Shown here in pieces: positions 32,546-42,879 of a DNA stretch of 64,000 bases (positions are counted from its first letter, which is position 1; each line of letters begins with the position of its first letter). The notes beneath the pieces are model-generated. The model ran no database searches. It saw only the letters and a program-made list of their open reading frames with translations, and was not told where the DNA came from. Source of the stretch: an uncultured Bacillaceae bacterium (GTDB taxonomy: Bacteria; Bacillota; Bacilli; Bacillales; Amphibacillaceae); NCBI GenBank assembly GCA_937925695.1, contig CALAMD010000055.1, positions 116,681 through 180,680 of the forward strand, in the 5' to 3' direction. Both the position numbers and the translations under genes were made by a program.

Positions 32546-35248
32546 CTATACTTCTTCTTCTTCCTGGTCATTGTTGTTTTCATTCGGTTGTTCATCGACA
32601 GGTTCTTCATCATTTGCCTCGGCAGGAATTTCAATCGTCGTACTACGTGCTTCACCTTCAACCCCTTCATTGGCGCCATTGGTACCAATCGGCACGACCG
32701 TAATTGTATAGGTTTCACCAGGTAAGGCACCCTCAATGACTATTCCTTGTGATTGCACCGTGTGTTCCTGTCGATAATTAACAATTACTTTAAAGGCAGC
32801 AGGGGGGCCATTGTATTGCCAATTAACATCGATTATCTGACTTTCCTCATTATAAACCGCAGATAAATCAGATACTGGTGGAATATTTTGTTCTTCTTCC
32901 TCTGGCTCTTCTTCCTCTTCTTCTTCTAGTTCAGGTATGATGATTGTAGTTGTTCGTGGATCACTATTGCCTAAACCTTCGTTACTGATTACAACTACTT
33001 GAATTTCATATTCAGCACCAGGCTCAACCTCGGTAATGTCGAGGGATAATTCAGTCACATCGGCTAGTTTTTGCATTTGGCCATCATTTATTTTGGCACT
33101 CACTTCGAAGCTAACATCATGGTCAGACTCATATTCCCAGCTTACGTGAATCGTATTTGTTTCTTCATCATAAGTAGCCGCCAATTGATCGACCGGATCT
33201 AGCTGATCATATACATCTGATGTTTCTTTAGGTTCATATCCCTTCACAAATAACTCACGAACAATTTTATCCGAAGGTGTATACTTACTTGGTAATTTTG
33301 GTGGGTTAGAACCTACCTCAACTTCAACTTCGACAACAGAATCAGGCATTTCAAAATCAGGTGTTTCGATATCTTTGGATAACTCAATCATCGTATGTTT
33401 AAACAATTGCTGAGAAACCGTCGTAATACTCATGGCCTTATTATGTTCTTTATAACCGGTCCAAACAGCAATTGTATAGTTGGTTGTGTAACCAGCAAAC
33501 CATGCGTTATTTACACCTTGGTCATTCGGAAGATTTGTCGTTCCTGTTTTACCAGCCACTGGTAGTCCAGGAATATTTGCTCTACCACCAGTAGCATAGC
33601 TTTCTGTCAGTACTGATTTCAACATATCCGTTACCATATAGGCAGTATAATCAGCCATTACTGGTTCAGGTGTAGGTTTTAATTCAACAACTTTTCCATC
33701 CGGAAATTCAACTTTTGTTACAGCATATGGTTCATTATAAATACCACCATTACCAAAGGCCCGATAAGCTCCTGCTAATTGGAGTGGGGTAACATTTGTC
33801 TCTGCACCACCAATGGCTTCGGTAACTGGCACATAGTCTTGCGCAAATTCAATACCTAATTTTTCACCGAACTCCTTGACTAATTCATTATCAACTTCTA
33901 AAAAGGCCTTAATCGTCGGCACATTTAGTGATCTAGCTAGGGCCATACGAGCAGACACCCAGCCGCGATATTGACGATCCCAATTTCGCACTTGATGATC
34001 AGTACCAGGGATTTGATATGGTTGATCATCTTCTAATTGGTGATAGGTAGAAATTTTATTGTATTCAATTGCTGGACCAAAAGCGACGATAGGCTTGGCA
34101 GTAGACCCTGCTTGACGGCCACCTTGAATCGCATAGTTATAACCATCGATATTTTCTCGGTTCCGACTGCCACCTATTGCTTGGATGGCACCAGTCTTTG
34201 TATCAAGAACAACTAAACCAGCTTGTAATTCTTCATCATCACCATAATCAATTGGGTTATCTTCGCTATCAGTTAATAAAAACTCTACATATTCCTGGGC
34301 ATCTCGGTCCATCGTTGTGTATATTTTTAAGCCATCTGTATAAATATCAGCACCACCTAGTTTTTCCTCTACTTCTTCACGTACTTTACGTAAAAAAGCA
34401 TCGTGGGGGGCAGTAGCTGGCTTTTCATCTGTTAATAATGAAGCAATGTCAACTTGACGTGCTTCTTCAGCTTCCTCTTCGGAAATTTTACCGTGGTGAA
34501 CCATGAGATCAAGCACTGTATCGACTCGTTTAGCCATTAAATCAGGATTTTCAAATGGATTGTATGCCGATGGTCGTTGGGGTAGTCCAGCTAATATGGC
34601 TGCTTCAACTAATGTTAGATCATGTAAGTCCTTTTTACCAAAGTATACTTCCGCTGCTTTGGCAACTCCATAAGCACCATTTCCAAAAAATATTTTATTT
34701 AAATACATTTCCATAATTTGTTCTTTAGAATATTCTCGTTCTAACTTTAATGCTAACCACTGTTCTTGGACTTTAATTTTCAAGGACTTTTCTGGTGTTA
34801 AAAAGGCGTTTTCCACCACTTGTTGGGTGATTGTACTTGCACCTTCAGCACCAAAGCCTCGTTTAATGTTGGCAATAATCGCACCGCCAATCCGGCGCAA
34901 ATCAATGCCGAAGTGATCAAAGAACCTCGCATCTTCTGTAGCCGTGACAGCATCAATGAGGACAGGTGGTAAATCATCAAATTCTACTTTTGTCCGCTTG
35001 ACATTACCTAATTCAGCAAACAATTCACCATCTTTATCATATATTTGCGATGAAAATGGATCAGATAGTTTTTCAGGATCAAGTTCTGGAGCGGTGGAAA
35101 TATAATAAATAAACAGACTTATACCTGCAATGAACATAGCAAGGAAGATAATACCAATGATGAGAAAAACTCTTTTTGCTATTGATTTTTGTTTTGGTTT
35201 AGCTTGTTTTTGTCTTCTTGCTACTCGTGACTTATTATTCTCTGTCAT
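32546..35248 (-). CDS. ponA: Class A penicillin-binding protein PBP1 with FN3-like C-terminal domains
   Basis: EDARF, GASTITQQ, STAK (SxxK), SLN, KTG; downstream of recU. Confidence 0.95.
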   Translation of the reverse strand: MTENNKSRVARRQKQAKPKQKSIAKRVFLIIGIIFLAMFIAGISLFIYYISTAPELDPEKLSDPFSSQIYDKDGELFAELGNVKRTKVEFDDLPPVLIDAVTATEDARFFDHFGIDLRRIGGAIIANIKRGFGAEGASTITQQVVENAFLTPEKSLKIKVQEQWLALKLEREYSKEQIMEMYLNKIFFGNGAYGVAKAAEVYFGKKDLHDLTLVEAAILAGLPQRPSAYNPFENPDLMAKRVDTVLDLMVHHGKISEEEAEEARQVDIASLLTDEKPATAPHDAFLRKVREEVEEKLGGADIYTDGLKIYTTMDRDAQEYVEFLLTDSEDNPIDYGDDEELQAGLVVLDTKTGAIQAIGGSRNRENIDGYNYAIQGGRQAGSTAKPIVAFGPAIEYNKISTYHQLEDDQPYQIPGTDHQVRNWDRQYRGWVSARMALARSLNVPTIKAFLEVDNELVKEFGEKLGIEFAQDYVPVTEAIGGAETNVTPLQLAGAYRAFGNGGIYNEPYAVTKVEFPDGKVVELKPTPEPVMADYTAYMVTDMLKSVLTESYATGGRANIPGLPVAGKTGTTNLPNDQGVNNAWFAGYTTNYTIAVWTGYKEHNKAMSITTVSQQLFKHTMIELSKDIETPDFEMPDSVVEVEVEVGSNPPKLPSKYTPSDKIVRELFVKGYEPKETSDVYDQLDPVDQLAATYDEETNTIHVSWEYESDHDVSFEVSAKINDGQMQKLADVTELSLDITEVEPGAEYEIQVVVISNEGLGNSDPRTTTIIIPELEEEEEEEPEEEEQNIPPVSDLSAVYNEESQIIDVNWQYNGPPAAFKVIVNYRQEHTVQSQGIVIEGALPGETYTITVVPIGTNGANEGVEGEARSTTIEIPAEANDEEPVDEQPNENNNDQEEEEV

Positions 35249-35266
35249 CGTTCATTTTCCTCCAAT

Positions 35267-35842
35267 CTAAAAGTAAAGCTTATCAACAACTGCTAAATAA
35301 TCCACTCTTGCTTGATATTTAAAGGGAATTAGATAACCATGAGTTTGTACATGTTTATAAGGTATTGACTTTCTACCACCTTGTTGTTGATCATGCCAAA
35401 AGGATAGAAAATCTTCTATTTTTAACAGAAATGTTTCATCGTGAGCAGAAAAACGAATAATAATAAAACAGATACCCCCATGTTCATGAATGGCCTTCAT
35501 ATGTTTAACTTGATGTTCATGGAAATTAGCAAGGGGAAATGACGTTTTATTTTTCGTTTCTTTTGCTTCAAAGTCAATATATTTCGCTTTATACAAACCA
35601 TTATAATCTGTTGTTGAAGGTTGTTTAAAGTATCCTTCTGTAATGACAGCTGCGCTTCTTTTCGGATAATTTACTTTGACGATTTGTACCGGTGTTGGTT
35701 TTTTATGAATCACAGCTTTATTTGTTTCAAGATAGTATTGATTTGTTAAATTAATATCTTCCTCTAAGGACATCCCGCGATTTCGATAATCGATCTTAGG
35801 TATGACCGAAGAGCGACTTTTCATGCCATTTGGATAATTCAT
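35267..35842 (-). CDS. recU: Holliday junction resolvase RecU
   Basis: NRGMSLE, HKKPTP, TTDYNG, FEAKET. Confidence 0.97.
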   Translation of the reverse strand: MNYPNGMKSRSSVIPKIDYRNRGMSLEEDINLTNQYYLETNKAVIHKKPTPVQIVKVNYPKRSAAVITEGYFKQPSTTDYNGLYKAKYIDFEAKETKNKTSFPLANFHEHQVKHMKAIHEHGGICFIIIRFSAHDETFLLKIEDFLSFWHDQQQGGRKSIPYKHVQTHGYLIPFKYQARVDYLAVVDKLYF

Positions 35843-36040
35843 TATTAATAATCCTCCAAATTATTAGAATAACATATTTGACTCGTGTTTACTAGTTTCC
35901 TTGCACTAGATAAGGGTTATGAACAGGAAACTAATTGACTCTATTATATATCAATTTACACATTCAAGCATAATTTTAATCATGTTTAGCTATGCTAAGT
36001 TCGTCATTCCTACACTTGTTTTGTAACATTCATTCTAGTT

Positions 36041-36355
36041 TTGTCGAACGTGAAGGGTATTTTTTATGAAAGGCGAAACATAACAATTAATACCATTGGA
36101 AAGGATGTGCATGTCATGGGCCCACTTGTCAAACAGCGTACTTTTAACCCTCTGCAAAAGGATACATTATCAGTCTTATTAATGGATCTTTCCAAACAGT
36201 CACAACAAATCGAACAGGCACTAACGAACAAAGTGAATCAAAAAATTAATGATAGCTTACAAAAACAATATGATCAGATAATTGTTGTAAAAACCTATGT
36301 TAGAAATCTATGTAAAATGGAAGAGTCGTCAACAATGAAAGAAGTGATGAGATAA
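36041..36355 (+). CDS. Hypothetical protein (yppD-like position)
   Basis: Open frame upstream of yppE; true start may be ATG near 36116 after AAGGATGTG. Confidence 0.45.
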   Translation: MSNVKGIFYERRNITINTIGKDVHVMGPLVKQRTFNPLQKDTLSVLLMDLSKQSQQIEQALTNKVNQKINDSLQKQYDQIIVVKTYVRNLCKMEESSTMKEVMR

Positions 36356-36387
36356 GTTATAATGGTCTTAGTAAATGAATATGATAG

Positions 36388-36756
36388 GTGAAATATACCG
36401 TGCTAATAAAAGAAGTAACAGAGCAGCTGAATATATATCTAGAACAATTGAAGCAAATATTTTTAAATAATGCCCCACCTGAGCACATAAGTGATCGAAT
36501 CTTTTTTACTAAGATGAAAACAGAAACCGAGCCGATTTATCAATTGCTCGATAAATGGGAGCAGCTAGCCATGACTTCTGTCAAAAACAGAGAAGTGTCA
36601 ATCCATCCTCAACAAGTTCAATCAACAAAAGAGAATTATGAATTAATTATTTTGCATAGTTACTATATTGATGTTCGTAAAAGAAGATATATGGAAATAT
36701 ATCAATCCATTCAATATATATTCGAACAAATTTTGCAAGATAGACCAAGTGGGTGA
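36388..36756 (+). CDS. yppE: YppE family protein (DUF1798)
   Basis: FF..MK, W, HPQQV.STKEN pattern; divergent from recU as in Bacillus. Confidence 0.8.
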   Translation: MKYTVLIKEVTEQLNIYLEQLKQIFLNNAPPEHISDRIFFTKMKTETEPIYQLLDKWEQLAMTSVKNREVSIHPQQVQSTKENYELIILHSYYIDVRKRRYMEIYQSIQYIFEQILQDRPSG

Positions 36757-36762
36757 GACGGG

Positions 36763-37158
36763 ATGCCAAAAAATAAATTGATTGAAAAAGCTAAAAAAAT
36801 CCGTGATCAAGCCTATGCCCCATATTCTAACTTTCATGTTGGTGCGGCTTTATTAGCAAACTCGGGAAAAATATATACGGGCTGTAATATAGAAAATGCC
36901 GCTTTTTCAAACACTTGTTGTGCCGAACGGGTTGCAATCTTTAAAGCTATTTCATCAGGTGAACGTAATTTTACAGCCATAGCAGTTGTGGCCGATTCGC
37001 CGAGACCTGTTCCACCGTGTGGTTCATGTCGACAAGTGATGAGTGAATTTTTTTCAGAAGATACTCATATCCTTTTAGCCAATTTAAAAGGGGAGTCAAT
37101 CACTTTTACAATGAAAGACCTATTGCCATTTTCTTTTCAAGACAACGATATACAATAA
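36763..37158 (+). CDS. cdd: Cytidine deaminase (homotetrameric)
   Basis: AYAPYSNF, GCNIENA, CAE, PCGSCRQ, LLP. Confidence 0.95.
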   Translation: MPKNKLIEKAKKIRDQAYAPYSNFHVGAALLANSGKIYTGCNIENAAFSNTCCAERVAIFKAISSGERNFTAIAVVADSPRPVPPCGSCRQVMSEFFSEDTHILLANLKGESITFTMKDLLPFSFQDNDIQ

Positions 37159-37184
37159 CAGCCTAAAGCTCTTTATATAATCAT

Positions 37185-37215
37185 GAAGGAAGTTGATTTC
37201 CAACTTCCTTTTTTA
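37185..37215 (+). terminator. Terminator after cdd
   Basis: GAAGGAAGTTG...CAACTTCCTTT followed by T tract. Confidence 0.75.
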
Positions 37216-37314
37216 TGTTATAATATATTTTAGTACAAACACATATAATGAAAACAGCTATTATGAACGTAATTCTAAAGTAAACAATGAGTCAAGATAA
37301 AGAGGTGAAGGCAA

Positions 37315-37614
37315 ATGAGCATAAATGAAATTCGATTAACGAGCAAAGATATTTTAGAAAAAGATTTTAAGATATCGATGCGTGGTTATAATCAAATAGA
37401 AGTTGACGAATTTTTGGATATGATCATTAAGGATTATGAAGCATTTAATCAAGAAATCGAAAAACTAAAACTAGAAAATGAACGGTTAAGAAAGCAGACG
37501 GAACAAGTAAGAACTCGTCCAGCCCAAACAAGTCATCAAGTGAATTATGATGTGTTAAAAAGATTATCTAATTTAGAAAAAGAAGTATTTGGAAAACGGT
37601 TTGTTGATTCATAA
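37315..37614 (+). CDS. gpsB: Cell division regulator GpsB
   Basis: [12 protein letters not shown]...[24 protein letters not shown]. Confidence 0.96.
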   Translation: MSINEIRLTSKDILEKDFKISMRGYNQIEVDEFLDMIIKDYEAFNQEIEKLKLENERLRKQTEQVRTRPAQTSHQVNYDVLKRLSNLEKEVFGKRFVDS

Positions 37615-37674
37615 AATTCCTTTATTAGCCAATGAAATAATATTTGAACTATGATATAATTATATGAGCCAAAA

Positions 37675-38082
37675 CTTGAATACTCACATAATCGCTGCAT
37701 CTATTTAGGATGTAGAGGAAAGTCCATGCTCACACAAGCTGAGATGCTTGTAGTGTTCATGCTTGACGAAATCATAAGTCAAGGTAACCTTTTTTAAAGG
37801 TTAACGGCAGGGTAAAGTCCTACGTCACAATTGTGATATGGACTGATGCCCTATAAAGTGCCACAGAGACGAGTCAGGGTGGAAACATCCTGGGTGGAAC
37901 GGGTAAACCCCATGAGTGAGCAACCCAAACAATGGTAGGGGCACCTTCGATTAGGGAAATGAACCGAAAGAAGGACAAGTATCAAAGCCTGATACTTGTA
38001 GATAGATGATTATGACCGGCGTACGAGGCTGACCACCGTTTGTAGTACTAAGGTACAGAACATGGCTTATCGAGTATTCAAG
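37675..38082 (+). ncRNA. rnpB: RNase P RNA, type B
   Basis: GAGGAAAGTCCATGCTC, AAAGTGCCACAG, GGTAAACCCC, ACAGAACATGGCTTA; P1 helix CTTGAATACTC/GAGTATTCAAG; between gpsB and ypsC; TGnTATAAT upstream. Confidence 0.97.
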
Positions 38083-38111
38083 AGGTCGATATAAAGTTAA
38101 TTTTCCTTACG

Positions 38112-38153
38112 AAGCCTTTTTAATAACATTTTCGTTATTAAAAAGGCTTTTTA
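38112..38153 (+). terminator. Terminator after rnpB
   Basis: AAGCCTTTTTAATAAC...GTTATTAAAAAGGCTT followed by T tract. Confidence 0.85.
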
Positions 38154-38208
38154 CGTGTTACACTAACATCATCATGAAAATTTGCAAATGAAAGAGGTAT
38201 AACCAAAT

Positions 38209-39339
38209 ATGGCACAAACTATTACATTAATAGCTACTGCTGCGATGGGAATTGAAGCTATTGTAGCGAAGGAAGTACGCGAACTTGGTTATGAACCAAA
38301 GACTGAAAACGGTAAAGTGACATTTTCAGCACCGATATCTGCTATTCCCCGTTGCAATCTGTGGTTAAGAACAGCCGATCGCATCAAGATACAAATCGGC
38401 TCGTTTAAGGCAGAAACCTTTGATGAATTATTTGAAGCAACGAAAGCATTACCTTGGGAAGACTTTATTCCTGAGGATGGTCAGTTTCCTGTAATCGGAA
38501 AATCTCATAAATCAAAGCTACATAGTGTGCCAGATTGTCAAGCCATTGTTAAAAAGGCAGTAGCTGAAAGATTAAAACTAAAACACGGTGTGGCTTCGCG
38601 AATGCCAGAAACAGGTGCGATGTACAAAATTGAAGTTGCGTTACATAAAGATATCGCAACCTTAACAATCGATTCTTCGGGCGTTGGCCTTCATAAACGG
38701 GGCTATCGCGTTGATCAAGGTGAAGCTCCTCTAAAAGAAACATTAGCTGCTGCGTTAATTTTGTTAACAAATTGGCGAGCTGATGAACCATTTATTGATC
38801 CATTTTGTGGTTCGGGAACGATTCCGATTGAAGCAGCGTTAATTGGACAAAATATTGCACCTGGGTTTAATCGGGAGTTTGCTTCAGAGGAATGGGATTT
38901 TATTAACCAGAAATATTGGGATGAGGCCTTTCAAGAAGTAGAAGATTTAGCAAAGTACGATCAAAAGTTATCGATTACAGGATCTGATATTAATCATCAA
39001 ATGATCAATATTTCCAAAAGAAATGCCCTTGAGGCCGGGTTAGTAGACCTGATTACTTGGAAACAGATGCAAGTAAAAGATCTTACCATTCAGGGATATA
39101 ATGGTTATTTAATCGGCAACCCTCCTTATGGTCATCGGATTGGTGACAAGGAAGAAGTAAGCCAAATCTATCGTGATTTAGGTAAAATTATGCAAGCACA
39201 TCCGTCATGGAGTGTCTATATCTTAACAGCTGATGAACAATTTGAGTCAGCTTACGGGAAGCAAGCAACAAAGAAACGAAAGCTATTTAATGGATTTATC
39301 CGGACCGATTATTATCAATACTTTGGGAAGAAAATATAA
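38209..39339 (+). CDS. ypsC: THUMP-domain 23S rRNA methyltransferase (RlmL-like)
   Basis: LHKRGYR, APLKETLAA, DPFCGSGT, NPPYG. Confidence 0.93.
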   Translation: MAQTITLIATAAMGIEAIVAKEVRELGYEPKTENGKVTFSAPISAIPRCNLWLRTADRIKIQIGSFKAETFDELFEATKALPWEDFIPEDGQFPVIGKSHKSKLHSVPDCQAIVKKAVAERLKLKHGVASRMPETGAMYKIEVALHKDIATLTIDSSGVGLHKRGYRVDQGEAPLKETLAAALILLTNWRADEPFIDPFCGSGTIPIEAALIGQNIAPGFNREFASEEWDFINQKYWDEAFQEVEDLAKYDQKLSITGSDINHQMINISKRNALEAGLVDLITWKQMQVKDLTIQGYNGYLIGNPPYGHRIGDKEEVSQIYRDLGKIMQAHPSWSVYILTADEQFESAYGKQATKKRKLFNGFIRTDYYQYFGKKI

Positions 39340-39347
39340 CCTTAGCT

Positions 39348-39379
39348 AATCAGTAGAGATACGCTCTACTGATTTTTTT
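39348..39379 (+). terminator. Terminator after ypsC
   Basis: AATCAGTAGAG...CTCTACTGATT followed by T tract. Confidence 0.8.
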
Positions 39380-39448
39380 ATGTAGATGAGTTTAGTATGA
39401 AGGTGATGCATATTTTGCTCGTTAACAGCCCACACTCATAATAAAAGG

Positions 39449-40543
39449 ATGAAAAAAATGGTATATATTAGTTCAATCGGTATCGCTCCACCTAAGCATC
39501 GTTTTCCCCAAGCCTATGTTAAAACCCTTGTCCAAAAGATTTTTCAATTACCTGAAGAAAAAATAAGCAGGTTATTACCAGTCTTTGATCATGCCCTCGT
39601 AAACGAGAGACAACTTGTTGTAGATGAAGAGTGGTTACAGGGCGATCATACTTTTGCTGAAAGAAATAAATTATATCAAACAAATGCCCTTACATATTCC
39701 CTTAAAGCTATGGATCATTGTTTAACGAATTCGACCTTTTTAAATACACCTTTTCCATACGAAGCGATTGATATGATTTGCTTTGTCTCGAGTACTGGTA
39801 TTTCTACACCTACAATCGACGCTTATCTTATGAATGAACGGCCTTTTCGTAACGATGTGATTCGCTTACCATTGTGGGGATTGGGCTGTGCTGGAGGTGC
39901 GATAGGGTTAGCTAGAGCATTTGATTGGTTAAAAGCCCATCCTGATAAAAATGCGCTTATTATTTGCTGTGAATTATGTAGCTTAACATTCCAAAAACAA
40001 GATCTTAAAAAAAGCAATTTAATCGGAGCGGCGCTATTTGGTGACGGTATCAGTTGTGCATTACTACTGGGAGAACAATCACCATACATAAATTATCATC
40101 AAGGTAAGAAACCAGTCATTCAGCATGCTAGCTCATACATGAAAAAACAAACCCTCGATCTCATGGGATGGCACGTAACCAATAGCGGGCTTGAAGTCAT
40201 CTTTTCAAAAAATATTCCAGCTTTGCTTGATACAATTTGGCAAGAGCATTTTCGAGTATTTCTATTATCTTTACATAAAGGCGTGGAAGACTTTGACTCG
40301 TTTATCGTACATCCAGGTGGACCTAAAATATTAACGACATTAGAAAAAATTGGCCAAATTGAGCCAGTAAAACTTCGTTATTCCTATCAAGTACTAAAAG
40401 ATCACGGTAACATGTCATCGGTAACGATATTTTATGTCCTGTATCAATGGATGCTGCATCACGAAGAATTACATCAGAGTTTATTAACGGCTCTAGGTCC
40501 TGGGTTTAGTTCTGAATTATTATATTTGGAGTGGGTAAGTTGA
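39449..40543 (+). CDS. bpsA: Type III polyketide synthase (BpsA/BcsA-like)
   Basis: Cys-His-Asn triad in GLGCAGG, HPGG, GNMSS; LFGDG; GPGFS. Confidence 0.92.
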   Translation: MKKMVYISSIGIAPPKHRFPQAYVKTLVQKIFQLPEEKISRLLPVFDHALVNERQLVVDEEWLQGDHTFAERNKLYQTNALTYSLKAMDHCLTNSTFLNTPFPYEAIDMICFVSSTGISTPTIDAYLMNERPFRNDVIRLPLWGLGCAGGAIGLARAFDWLKAHPDKNALIICCELCSLTFQKQDLKKSNLIGAALFGDGISCALLLGEQSPYINYHQGKKPVIQHASSYMKKQTLDLMGWHVTNSGLEVIFSKNIPALLDTIWQEHFRVFLLSLHKGVEDFDSFIVHPGGPKILTTLEKIGQIEPVKLRYSYQVLKDHGNMSSVTIFYVLYQWMLHHEELHQSLLTALGPGFSSELLYLEWVS

Positions 40544-41049
40544 TGAATCCATTTCACCTTGTATTATTTATGTTTGTCCTATTACAACGACTTGTTGAGC
40601 TCGTGATCGCTAAACGTAACGAAAAATTGATGAAACGAAGGGGAGCCATTGAAATCGGACAAGCACACTATAAATGGTTTATCCTCGTTCATAGTCTGTT
40701 TTTTATTTGCTTATTTGGGGAATGGTTATACTATCAGCCATTAGCACATGTTAATGGTTGGTTATTTATTATATTTGTTGTACTACAAATAGGTAGGCTA
40801 TGGTGTTTGATAAGCCTAGGAAGATATTGGAATACAAAAATTATCTACCTACCAGGTGCACGAATGATTAAAAAAGGACCTTACAAATATATGAAACATC
40901 CCAATTATCTCATTGTAGGGTTGGAATTGTTTATTTTGCCTTTATTGTTTCAGGCCTATATGTGTGCGATCATTTTTCCATTACTTCACGTCTTGTTGCT
41001 TAGGGTTAGAATTCCAATAGAAAATAAAGCTTTATTAGAATTGAAATGA
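40531..41049 (+). CDS. bpsB: Isoprenylcysteine carboxyl methyltransferase family (BpsB/YpbQ)
   Basis: QRLVEL..AKRNE, LGRYWNTKI, GPYKYMKHPNY; coupled to bpsA. Confidence 0.9.
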   Translation: MGKLMNPFHLVLFMFVLLQRLVELVIAKRNEKLMKRRGAIEIGQAHYKWFILVHSLFFICLFGEWLYYQPLAHVNGWLFIIFVVLQIGRLWCLISLGRYWNTKIIYLPGARMIKKGPYKYMKHPNYLIVGLELFILPLLFQAYMCAIIFPLLHVLLLRVRIPIENKALLELK

Positions 41050-41149
41050 AAATCCACCTGTTTATTGGATAACAAATAAAATTATGAAAAAAAATATGTA
41101 TTACGGTATAATAAAACAAATTATATTTTGAATAAAAGGGAGTTTACAG

Positions 41150-42811
41150 ATGAAATCAGACATAGAAATCGCTCAACAGGCAACGATTAAACCGATTCAT
41201 GAAATTGTTGAAAAATTAGGTCTGCATACAGAAGATTGGGAACCATATGGTCATACAAAGGCTAAACTTTCTTTACAATTATTAGATAAATTAGCTGATC
41301 GTCCAGATGGCAAGGTAATCTTAGTCACTTCAATTAATCCAACACCAGCAGGTGAAGGCAAGTCAACAGTATCAGTCGGACTAGGACAAGCCTTACAAAG
41401 ATTAGGAAAAAAAGCCATCATAACATTACGGGAACCTTCACTAGGACCAGTCATGGGAAGAAAAGGTGGGGCAGCAGGTGGTGGTTACTCCCAAGTAATT
41501 CCAATGGAAGATATTAATCTCCATTTTACCGGTGATATTCATGCGATTACAGCTGCTCATAATGCACTATCAGCCATGATTGATCAGCATCTTCATCAAG
41601 GAAACACACTTGGCATTGATCCCCGGAAGATTATCTGGAAGCGGGTTATCGATATGAATGACCGTGCCCTTCGTCATATCGTCGTTGGGTTAGGTGGACC
41701 TTTAAATGGGATACCTAGAGAAGATGGCGTTCATATAACTGTCGCTTCAGAAATTATGGCCATACTCTGTTTAGCCACAAGTTTACAGGATTTAAAAGAC
41801 CGACTAGCTAAAATTGTCATCGGTTATACATACGATGATCAACCTGTCACGGTAAGAGATTTAAAAATCGAAGGTGCACTTACCGTTTTGCTTAAAGATG
41901 CAATTAAACCTAATCTTGTTCAAACGATTGAACATACACCTGCGATCATCCATGGTGGTCCATTTGCCAATATAGCCCACGGTTGTAATAGTGTCATTGC
42001 CACAAAAATAGCCCGTAAACTTGGGGATTATGTTGTAACAGAAGCTGGTTTTGGTGCTGATTTAGGTGCAGAAAAGTTTTTAAATATCAAAACATTAATT
42101 GGCGATATTGATACAGCTGCTGTTGTCATTGTGGCAACCGTCGCTGCTTTAAAAATGCATGGAGGTAGCGATCCCAAATCATCAAATATGGACGCATTAA
42201 AAAAAGGTATGGCTAATTTACAAAAGCATATGGAAACAATTGAACATTTCGGTTTACCTTATGTGATTGCCTTAAATAAATTCCCTACAGATACAGAAGA
42301 AGAAATTAATTTCGTCAACAATTGGTGTGAGAAATATGGTGCTGACATGGCGCTGACTGACGTCTGGGCTAAGGGCGGCGAAGGGGGTATCGAGCTTGCC
42401 GAAAGGGTCATAAATATTGCCAATACTAAATCTAGCTCGATTAAACGGACGTATGATGTAAAAGATCCCATTGCCGAAAAACTTCGTAAAGTTGCCCAAA
42501 CCGTTTATGGAGCTGATGATATTATTATTACCGAAAAAGCCCGCAAACAGATTGCCTATTATGAGCAGCAAGGATGGGGAAACTTACCGGTATGTATTGC
42601 CAAAACCCAGTATTCATTATCAGATAATCCAGCTTTACGGGGTAGACCAGAAGGATTCAAGATTACGATTAGAGAATTAAAACCTTCTATTGGAGCAGGT
42701 TTTATTGTTGCATTGACAGGTGATGTACTAACAATGCCTGGTTTACCAAAAGAACCAGCTGCTTTAAAGATGGACATATCAGACACAGGTGAAATAACCG
42801 GACTTTTCTAA
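41150..42811 (+). CDS. fhs: Formate-tetrahydrofolate ligase
   Basis: [41 protein letters not shown]. Confidence 0.97.
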   Translation: MKSDIEIAQQATIKPIHEIVEKLGLHTEDWEPYGHTKAKLSLQLLDKLADRPDGKVILVTSINPTPAGEGKSTVSVGLGQALQRLGKKAIITLREPSLGPVMGRKGGAAGGGYSQVIPMEDINLHFTGDIHAITAAHNALSAMIDQHLHQGNTLGIDPRKIIWKRVIDMNDRALRHIVVGLGGPLNGIPREDGVHITVASEIMAILCLATSLQDLKDRLAKIVIGYTYDDQPVTVRDLKIEGALTVLLKDAIKPNLVQTIEHTPAIIHGGPFANIAHGCNSVIATKIARKLGDYVVTEAGFGADLGAEKFLNIKTLIGDIDTAAVVIVATVAALKMHGGSDPKSSNMDALKKGMANLQKHMETIEHFGLPYVIALNKFPTDTEEEINFVNNWCEKYGADMALTDVWAKGGEGGIELAERVINIANTKSSSIKRTYDVKDPIAEKLRKVAQTVYGADDIIITEKARKQIAYYEQQGWGNLPVCIAKTQYSLSDNPALRGRPEGFKITIRELKPSIGAGFIVALTGDVLTMPGLPKEPAALKMDISDTGEITGLF

Positions 42812-42879
42812 TACAAAAATAGTGATCAAAGCGACTGATAGTGAGTAGACTCTATTTCTAGTCTTTGATCACTATATAC

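Noticed and set aside
32546-32940. Glu-rich repeats in ponA
   Set aside because: Ordinary acidic low-complexity linkers of the PBP1 C-terminus.
41050-41149. THF or ZMP riboswitch upstream of fhs
   Set aside because: The interval is only 100 bp with TATAAT close to the SD; no room and no motif.
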